Positions 55,839 to 64,000 of a stretch of DNA of 64,000 nucleotides are shown piece by piece. The notes under the pieces were generated by a model that was not told the origin of the DNA, did not search any database, and was given only the letters and a program-made list of their open reading frames with translations. The DNA comes from Lingula anatina (Eukaryota; Animalia; Brachiopoda): positions 43,406,401 to 43,470,400 of the forward strand of contig CM120641.1 in NCBI GenBank assembly GCA_051362555.1. The letters run 5' to 3'. Within the stretch, counting starts at the first letter, position 1; every line of letters begins with the position of its first letter. Made by a program: the position numbers and the translations under genes.

Positions 55839-56974
55839 AAACTTGTCAACTTTTATGGGACATAGAAATCACTCTAGCGTCACGACATGAATACGGTTGT
55901 GTGTATTACCTTTGAATGTAAATAGATGTGTCCTCAAATTACACACTGCCTTTACAAAACGAGATGTAAGTGAAAGGAGATACGTATGTATATATGAAAT
56001 CTTCAGCTGTCAAAATGAAAAACATCAAGGCGTTAATAAAACATAGTGCATGGTTCTTAGGAACGAAATCCTTTAAAAATTACTGTTAGTTTTGGACTGG
56101 AATTTTTTCGGAATGAATTACTACTGAATCATTTTTTTGTTCAGATTGCCGCTGTAGACAAGAAGTGTTTTGTCACTGGCCAAGGGGTTGTCATTCCGTA
56201 TATCGTGCCTATGCGTCTTGGCGTCACCTACGATTTCTACAGGGATATCGTGTGCCCGTTGTGTATCTATGACGACGCTGACCTCAGTCGAGCTGACGTC
56301 ATTCCTGGCGACGGACTCAAAACTAATTTTAAGGTCAAATTGTGTTTCTGAGGAGATACAACATGCTTTTTCAATTCCATACTGCCCTAATAGGCAATTA
56401 CATTAATTTTTGCCTTTAAAACACAACAGAAATTGATACCGAGAACAAACCCTTTGCGTATACTTTTGTCAAATCTGAAGTATCCAGTGAAAGAGAAAAA
56501 AAAACACGAATCATAAAAGTGAGCCCCGTACAGATATTAACGGATGAGGAGGTATCGTGAATATTCTCGTGGAAAAAGCTTTGGTCTTGTTTCGATACTT
56601 TCTCGTTAAGAATTTCGGTCTGTGTCCCTCAGTGCTACATAATCATGTTTTATGATGTCTTTTTAACAATTATTCCCGTTTTAATGTTTTATATGAGACT
56701 TAACAAAATAAGTTAGATTAAAAATTAGCTTTTTTGGACCAAAAAAAAAAAAATGTTTTTGTTTAAAATGGTTTCATTACAGATTGTTGAAAAGAATGAA
56801 GACGTTTGCAGTTTTCTCAATATATCTCCCGCTATAAGTTTGAGGGCAAAGTTGGGGCTGGTCAAAATGGACGTGTCTGCAAACTTGCTTCAAGAGGTCA
56901 AAAAGGAGAGACATGCTGTGGTGGTCTTAGGAAGTATTGAATTTTCTACGGTCAGTAAACGCCCCCCCCCCCCC

Positions 56975-57005
<31 letters not shown>

Positions 57006-60000
57006 CATTACAACTAAATAAAGTGAAATACGAAGTTTGCAGTAATGACAACATTAGTAACAATAATAATGATAATAGTTATATTTTAGCATTGATCATT
57101 TAAACAGATATTACTAAGGTGATTTTTAAAAATATTTTCATTTTATGTTATTAATATTACTAGGGTGATTTTTTTAAACATTTTCATTTTATGTTATTAT
57201 TATCAACCTAAGTTTCAGTTTATAGAATGTTCAATAGACTTATCATGAACAAAATAATTTCAAGATGTGAGTTATGAAATTATCGAACGTATTACATGTA
57301 ATACTCAACTGTACAGCTGACTGAAACCCTGCCAGTGAACGCTGTACCTCGCTCTAACTGGCAAAATAACCATGACTGTGGTCTGGGGACCCACTTCGTG
57401 GACAGTATCACCCATGGCGGACGCGTCGTCTTCTCCATGTGTCACACGCTCAAGTCAACTGCGTGTAAGCAAAGCATATCTACAAAATTAGGTGTGGATT
57501 TACCGGTAAGAACGATGACAGATTTTATTATCTTTTTTTTTCAACGAGAAATAAATGTAGGAATCTTTTCGTTACATGTATTCTTGGGAACGAAACTGAA
57601 AACATGGTTTGCCAAAGCTGTACGCCGTTAATTATATGTATTTTATTGTCATTTTGATGCTAGTTCTAAAAATAATTTTTTTTTCAGTTTGCTTTTTTTT
57701 TTTTTTTTTTTTTTTTTGCGTGCCAAAGAAATAAAAACTCGAATTGCTTTCAGAAACTGATGTCGTCATTCTTGGACGAGACAAACTCAAGCATTAAAAC
57801 AATTTGGAAAGAAGAAATCGAAGATTCAATAGAAAAGACAGATATTAACTACTGGTCAAGTCCGGGCATTTCAGTTAAGTTACAAAAAATTGAGGATATA
57901 AGCCACGCCTTGCAGATTCTTAGGGAAGACATCAACGTGACACATTCTGGAAAAGGCGTGCCCATTAGCGCAAGAATCACGCCCCTTGGAATGATTGATG
58001 AATCTTTTCCTATCCCAGCTGCCCCTGCTGAGAGAACTCTTCAAAAGTTAGACGAAAGTTATGGTGAATTAAAAAATGTTCAGAAGCAAATAAAAAAATT
58101 CTACCGTCGAATTCCAGGACTTCATGTAGACCAAAGGACAAAAGACAGTGTGATCGAATTTGCGGCTAAAATTGAAGGCATCCTTGAGGTGAATGGGATT
58201 ACTCGCTACATTTTCCACGCCTTTGAGTATTCTGAAATTTAGATCTTATGCAGCTCTCGAAAAACGCGTATGTAAAACCCAAAATTGACGTCAAATGGAT
58301 TGGATCTTTTTTAAACAAGTAGTATCAAAGTGAATTGTATCCTGATTTGTGTTGGTTTTTTAATAGCCTACACCTTTTGTACTGATGTATAATAAAAAAT
58401 TATTATAAACGATTAACAAAAACCTGCTCACCTGCAATATAATACGTACACGTGCATTTTACCTTACCCAACCTCTTCCTTTCTCGTAACTAATGCATAC
58501 CACCCTGTACTAGCCCATTATGTTCAAGTAAATTTAGATAAATAGCCTTCTAACCTTATTATATGTGTCATATATGTTTTGCTGCAGGTATTCGACGATG
58601 TAATATTCAACTTGGACCTGCGCAACCTGCCCCTGTCGGCACAGTGTAAACCCGCCTTCCAGGCATACGGCGTGTACCTGCCAGACAAATATCTGACGGA
58701 ATTCAATGAAATTCGAGACCGTGTCTTGGTACGTTTATTGATCACCCAAGAGGAAAACTCGAGAGATTATGCTTTCTCTGAGACCTAGTACTTTTGAGAG
58801 CAAAAAGTTGCACATACATTTCGGGACATTTTCAAATGTTTGTGAGAATCTGAAATTTTTTGGCCACGGATAATACTGGAAAAAAATGAAAGGAAAGAGC
58901 TTTTTAGGGTTGGGGAGGAGGCAAAAATAATATTTGATGTTTACATTAAATGAAAGAAAACTTTGGTAATTTTTTCTGATACCCGCTCTTTTACGTTATG
59001 TTAATCAAGTATTATATTCAATACGAAATAAACTTTTAAATTATTTTTTTATTATTTTTTAAAATTTGCTTTGTTTACTCAAAGTAATTAAATTATCTTT
59101 ACAATTCCAGCTATTTTCGTCCTCGCAAGCAGGGAAAATACAGCTTTCTGTGAAGTTTGATGGACAAAAATTAAGATATACAAGATGGCATACGGGGACT
59201 GTGTGCGGATTCATACAGTCACACTTGGCATTCAAAGCTTAAATTTACATTAATTTACGTTTCATCTTCGGGGACAGAAAGGAATGTTTTGAAATGCAAC
59301 TTAATGATGCTGGTGTCATAAGGCATAGTGTTTACAGATCCACGTACATGTAGATGTACCTTATCAAATTGCGTGTTCCTTACACAGATCAATATAAATG
59401 TAGTGGAGGTTGTTTTGTGTGTGAAATAAAAAGTCTGATTGTTTTCATAATCCATATAAATATTCTTTTAACCTTTATATTGCAGATAACAGGAAATATC
59501 TTGCGCGCGGTTGACCTCCCGGACGCGGACATTGAGGGTCATCTCAGTAAACCGGATCCTTACGTCCGGGTGCGACTCCTGCCGGATGGTGTGTTTGAGG
59601 AGAGCGCCAAACAAAGCAACACCTCACACCCAGTTTTTCACCAGTGCTTTGAGTTTGAGGTAGATCTCGTTTAATTTTAATAGATATGGGGGGTCTTTTT
59701 TGTGACATTGAGTCCAAGTTCAGGGATGAGTGGATTATTCGTTAGTAGGAGAAAAATTAATTTTCAAGCAATTTCTTTTTTCTTGAGAACAAAATTGATT
59801 TGGCGGGGAAATCCAGTATAGGATACCTTAAGTTAAAGCAACATTAATATAGCCACAAAAATTAATAATCCTCAGGAAATCTTGGTTGCAGCTCATGTGA
59901 CCTTGAGTGGATATTAAGTGTTATAGCAATCAACAATATTCTTTCATTATACGTTCCAACAGAAAGATGCGTTAGATCGCCGTTTCCGTTTTGAAGCAGA

Positions 60001-60580
60001 ATCTTAATAACCCCATTTCCAAAGTTTCATTTTCACATCTTAAGGCATCATATGGATAAACTTTCAATATGGTACTCTGCAGCATATCAGTTGGTCCTCT
60101 CCTGGTGCTCGTTTCTCTGCCTGAGATCAGTTGTTCAAGTTCTCTGTCACTGATTTTTGCTTTTTGTCTTTACCAATAGATACCAAGAAATGTTTTAATT
60201 AAATGATGCAAAACCCATAAATTTGATATTTCAGAGGCCCGAAGTTGACATTTATCTAAGTGGATTTACGCGTGCAGTCGGTTCACTTCATTTTTCCAAG
60301 AGAACTCTGTCAGATCACTAGTTAGTCTCTATCTTAACGTATTTATATAGTTCACTGAGTTTACCAAATAATTGTCGACTATAATGATGGCAATCCCCAT
60401 ATTTAATTTATATTTCAGTGCGAGGAGAAAGAATTGGATCAGAAGTCGTTACTTGTCCAGGTCTATGACATGGACCCTTTCTATAACGACCTGATAGGAG
60501 AGGTGCGGCTGAAAATGGCCACCCTGAAAAGTGGGGATGTACTCGAGGACTGGTACCATCTGGAACCAAGACTGGAATGA
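55173..60580 (+). CDS. Putative stonustoxin/neoverrucotoxin-like MACPF/CDC domain + helical region + C-terminal C2 domain protein (~520 aa); start uncertain
   Basis: Phase-0 exons 56145-56333, 56783-56950, 57317-57505, 57754-58188, 58588-58728, 59111-59170, 59486-59659 and 60419-60580. Toxin-like motifs: PMRLGVTYDFYRD, FLNISPAISLRAKLGLVKMDVSANLL, GTHFVDSITHGG, GKGVPISARITPL. C2 domain: GKIQLSVKFD..ILRAVDLPDAD..KPDPYVRV..HPVF..VQVYDMD..NDLIGEV..WYHL. Confidence 0.75.
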
Positions 60581-63537
60581 CCAGGGAACAGGGAAGATGG
60601 GGGGTCATTCCCAATGAAGCTGTTGTAGTGGCGGATTTTCGTCCTGATCCCTACCTTTGGTTTCTTAAAACAAAATCACACCAATATTTCCCTCTTGAAA
60701 TTAGAATTTTTGATTAGCCGAATCATAGTTCTAAACCGTATCAACTGACACCATTTGCCCATTACCACCAACGCCAAAAAATTTCGGCGCCCTTGAGCAG
60801 GCCAAGAACCCTACACCAAGCAGGCGAGAGACGGCTTTGCATCAGAGGTCTGTCATTCCTAAAACAACCGGACCCCCCTTCAAATAATTTTGGTACCGCC
60901 CCTTTATCGGTCTACGTAGATCATACCAACTACCCGGGAGCTCTCGCTGAATGCAACCAGTTCAACAGATTACTGGCGATAAATAAATTAAAGAAAAAAC
61001 TGGTGATTACATGAGTAAGGCGGTTACATGTAATAAACGTGAATAAATGGTATTAAATATTGATATCTTCAACGCTAGCTTGTATTTTCTGTATCGCTAA
61101 TCATGTTAGTTATGGTACCTGCAATGAAAATCACAATGTATAACAATCTTCTCCTGTGATGTGATCATTTCTAAATAAAAGCACATGATACTGAACGTGG
61201 GACAACCATTTTGACCAATGTTGTATATATATAAAGCATGGTTAGTAAGAATCTCTCATGCAGCCAAGAAGAGTACCTTATTTCAGTACCTTATTTATTG
61301 GAAATGAGCAACAGTTGCGTCTATACAGTCTGTACTTTTGTAAATGCTTTCGATGATATAATATGCCGCCAATTTCGTTCGGAACTTATTCTACACCCTC
61401 CTTACATCCCTGATCAAACTTCGTCTGTTTTTTTTTCCATAGCCGAAACACTTTAAGGGGAATTCGATTTCACTCCTTAGAACCAGGCTCTGACATGGTA
61501 TGAAATATAATCCCCAGAATTCTACAAAGGGATTCTTCTGTTGTAATATCGCTTGAAGAAAAACATTGTACATTGTATTAAAGTATACACGAAGGGTATG
61601 AATAAAAAGAATTGTCTTCATTATCACGAATGAAGATATTTTCAATTTGCCGTCGAACTCCTTGACTTACCATAAATATCGTGTAATAATCTGTATAATG
61701 AGAACCAAAAAATAACTAATTGATGAGAAGCGAATAACGAAGGGGCTAATCAACAATTCTGTATTCTGCTTAGTACTGCTCATAATGAAGGTAATTTTAA
61801 GTGTGCTCATTAAAAGTGAGAAATCCTGCAAAATTAATTAACACTTGTTAAAACCTTGACGGGAAGACGTGTGCTATTTATAAACAGCCATCGCGTTCAC
61901 TTACTTTCAAATAATCATTTTTTGCGGCTTTGTCATTTTTTTCTATACGAGGGTAATTTCAGGTCAGTATCCTTTCGTCTCTTTTACTTATTTCTTCAGG
62001 AATTTTTTAATGGAATTCAGATGAGACTTTATGTTGAGAATTTCCCCTTTAAAATGAAATACAGGCCCTTCGTATTTGAACAATAATAATCCTTCAGAAA
62101 GTATCACCAATTTTAAAGAAAAGGGTTGAAACACTTAGAAGACTGCTGGTAAAAAGCGTGGATTTTTGTTAATCGTTGGGAAGAAGCTACCCTTTGCCAG
62201 GACCACAGGTTGATTTTTCACTAGATATCCACAGGTTTGTCACTGGTTTATTCAAGATACTTTTCTGCACTTAGAGAAAAGTGTACATAATTTATCTGCG
62301 TCCTTGGCAGATGGTATGAAAAGGCTGTCTGTCACCAGTGGTGTTTTAATTAATGGACAAATATCGCTAATAGTACTGCGCTTCATAATAGGCTTCGTTA
62401 AGAATTGAGGGATTTTTGTATTATCAGCTACAGTACATTTTTATATTACATGTAGAATGAAAATTCGAAGGCCTGGATATATTTTATAACATTTAAGCCA
62501 TACGTTTTCTGTAGCCAAGAGAAGAAAACGACCAAGTTTCTGAAGTCCGAACATACATTACAAAATTCATTGCAGAATGGAAAAACTAGTAACAATAAAG
62601 CCGTTTTTGAAAACCATACTTATTGATGATAAATAAAAATTAACCTTTGATGAAACGAGACTTTTCAGATACCTTAACAAATATAATATCAAACAAATGG
62701 GTCTTTACTTTCTACAAAGCTTTGCTTCTACACTGCTTGAATGCGACGCACTTACACACATAAAACCTAAGCACATTGGAACTTGATGTCAATAATTCTT
62801 TCTGTAAAATCCGCAATTTTCCCATTATCAAAGTAAACCCTTTCCAAAAACAGCTATGAAAATTACGATCTGTTCGCCCATTTTTTTCATTTTTTTACCA
62901 TTTCACTGAAGTCTCAGCATACACCACGTATGCACTTTAATGAAAGCGACTCAAAAATTAGAAACTTGGAACTCAGCAACCAGTTTATTAATCCTAACTT
63001 TGGTTTAGATATGGCATACATGTGCCTTGTTGACTATTATAAGAAGTAGTGTTGAAACTTCTTAGTCTAACTCTCATTGTATGAATCTTAACATTTATAT
63101 AAATGCACCTCTCATATATTAGATCTAACTTTCATAATTCGGAACTTTATTATTAACTGTTGTGGTAAAACATATCAGAATAACACTTGGGATGTTTATT
63201 TTATCATCGATGAATGTACAAATTACAAGATGTACACAACTATTGGTGTACTCTATTTAAAGGACTACATGGTACAAAAGTGCACTGGTACACGTATGTA
63301 TGTATAAGCAAAGAATAAATTAACACATGAATTAAGAACATTTTCAACATACCATCATTAAAAGCGAATAAAGGCAATTGGTATTAAACATGTACTTTCA
63401 ATCCGAAAATCTTAATTCTCGTTTGTTCCTTTCACATAAATTAAGAGATACAACTGCAATGTTTTTCATTTGTCATTTGTTCTCACTTCCTAAACTCCTA
63501 AACACTTGCTACCTCTTAATTCAAAAGCACAGTGATC

Positions 63538-63612
63538 AAACAGACAGCCTGAAAGACAGGCCAGACGGGCAGACAGAAAGACAGACAGGCAGACAGACAG
63601 GCAATACCCTGT
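63538..63612. repeat. Degenerate (GACA/GACG)n tract, probably the end of a HINE-like element
   Basis: cagacagacaggcagacagacaggcaataccc. Confidence 0.5.
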
Positions 63613-64000
63613 AACAACAAGAAATATACATAATAACAGCAGCACCTTTAAGTATAAAAAGTCAAACTTAACTGAACTGCAATCTAGAGGAATTTATCAA
63701 ATTAACCTTTTGTTTAGTGTCCCACATTTAAAAGGGGCAATTTAAATGAAGTGCTACACCTTCACAACTGTACGAATAATACTGATGTAAAAATTTACTT
63801 GACAGTTCACATTTTACAAAGATACTGAAACTTTGCATCACTTAAATGATCTCCTTTTGCTACTGTAATCACTAAATTTATAGCATCTCTCTATATCCTG
63901 TTACATCTAAGTACTTACGTCCAAAGTGTCATTTTCTAAAACCCAATCCACAAATGATCATGTTTGCATATCTTATACATGCACTAGTCTTCTGTCTAGG

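Noticed and set aside
57106-57200. ~46-bp tandem dimer in an intron
   Set aside because: Ordinary local slippage duplication.

Overview
AT-rich, intron-rich animal genomic DNA, probably from an invertebrate and most likely a mollusc, judging by its HINE/pearl-like repeats. Most ORF-track entries are spurious because the real genes are spliced. Exons were assembled by eye from GT-AG boundaries and reading phase. Seven protein-coding genes are supported: IQCK (-), low-specificity L-threonine aldolase THA1 (+), thymidine kinase TK1 (-), CCDC96/CFAP184 (+), survivin BIRC5 (-), a CCSER-like serine-rich coiled-coil gene (+), and an unusual gene (+) whose N-terminal part resembles the stonustoxin-type MACPF/CDC pore-forming domain, fused to a C-terminal C2 domain that keeps its Ca2+ ligands. 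There are also probable 5' exons of a gene leaving the window on the left, several non-autonomous DNA transposons with clear TIRs/TSDs, HINE elements and an L2/CR1 fragment. Highlights: (1) the perforin-like MACPF+C2 gene, with alternative N-termini and an apparent GT>TT donor; (2) THA1-TK1-BIRC5 linkage that mirrors human 17q25.3; (3) a 233-bp head-to-head TK1/CCDC96 promoter with an RFX X-box; (4) a candidate internal CCSER first exon with an in-frame TAG-ATG junction; (5) a Harbinger-like element carrying a CpG-rich mini-gene. No searches were run, so family calls come from motif recognition.
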